A DNA stretch of 64,000 nucleotides from Lama guanicoe. Its lineage: Eukaryota. Positions within the stretch are counted from its first letter, which is position 1. Each line of letters opens with the position of its first letter. The notes beneath the pieces are model-generated. The model was not told the DNA's origin, ran no database searches, and saw only the letters and a list, made by a program, of their open reading frames with translations. The translations under genes and the position numbers were made by a program. The DNA lies in NCBI GenBank assembly GCA_013239625.1, contig MU056313.1:3722885-3786884 (forward strand), given 5' to 3'. Shown piece by piece: positions 63,575 through 64,000 of the stretch.

Positions 63575-64000
63575 CAGCTCCTGGTTACAAGTGATAGCAA
63601 ACCCCATTCAAACTGACTTAAGATGAAATGCAGAATTGATTTCCACCTTTAAACTGAAAAATGCAGGGGTCGATCTGCCCGATCCCTGGCTCAAGAAATA
63701 CGGTCAGAACTTGGTTTCTCTCTTTCTACCTTTTGACCTATTCATAAATAAACTGCCCCAGCATCTCCAGACCTCCCATTCAAATCTGTAAGCCTTGGGA
63801 CATAATCTGCTTGGACTAAACAGAGTCATGTGTTCATCCTTGAACCAATCACTGTGGCTGAAGGGATCCTGTGCTCTGAGTGGCCAGGCCTGGGTCACAT
63901 GTTCTGCACTGGATGTGAGCCTGGGGGAAACGCTGCTCCCCGAAAGGAAATGCAGGCCGGATGGATGTTGGACAGAAAAGACATTAAAACTCCATTCAGT
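63575..64000. mobile_element. MLT1-type LTR remnant
   Basis: GGTTACAAGTGATAGCAAACCCCATTCAAACTGACTTAAG; TGAACCAATCACTGTGGC...GGCCAGGCCTGGGTCACATG. Confidence 0.6.

Overview
Mammalian genomic DNA, most likely a camelid judging by the tRNA-Ala-derived vic-1-like SINEs. It carries two minus-strand protein-coding genes in the order known from human 4q35.1. CDKN2AIP/CARF has 3 coding exons (42335->39730, about 582 aa including N-filled stretches). ING2 has 2 coding exons (20599->N gap at 15435); most of its PHD finger and its stop codon lie in the gap. Each gene has a CpG-island promoter. The rest is repeat-rich intergenic DNA: L1, L2, CR1/L3, SINEs, hAT fossils (Zaphod-like, Charlie-like, MER5, MER102), a Tigger1 derivative, MER34- and MLT1-type LTRs, and three tailless small-RNA retrocopies (two 5S, one U6). 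Nine N runs hide parts of both genes. I see no evidence of a wholly new multi-gene system. The best leads are regulatory features of ING2: a poly-Arg uORF overlapping the start codon, a frameshifted ING2b-like alternative first exon with its own promoter motifs, and an intronic 8-codon match to the ING2 PHD motif. Also notable are a 98-bp tandem duplication and an adjacent hairpin upstream of CDKN2AIP. Repeat family names and comparisons with human sequences come from memory, not from database searches.
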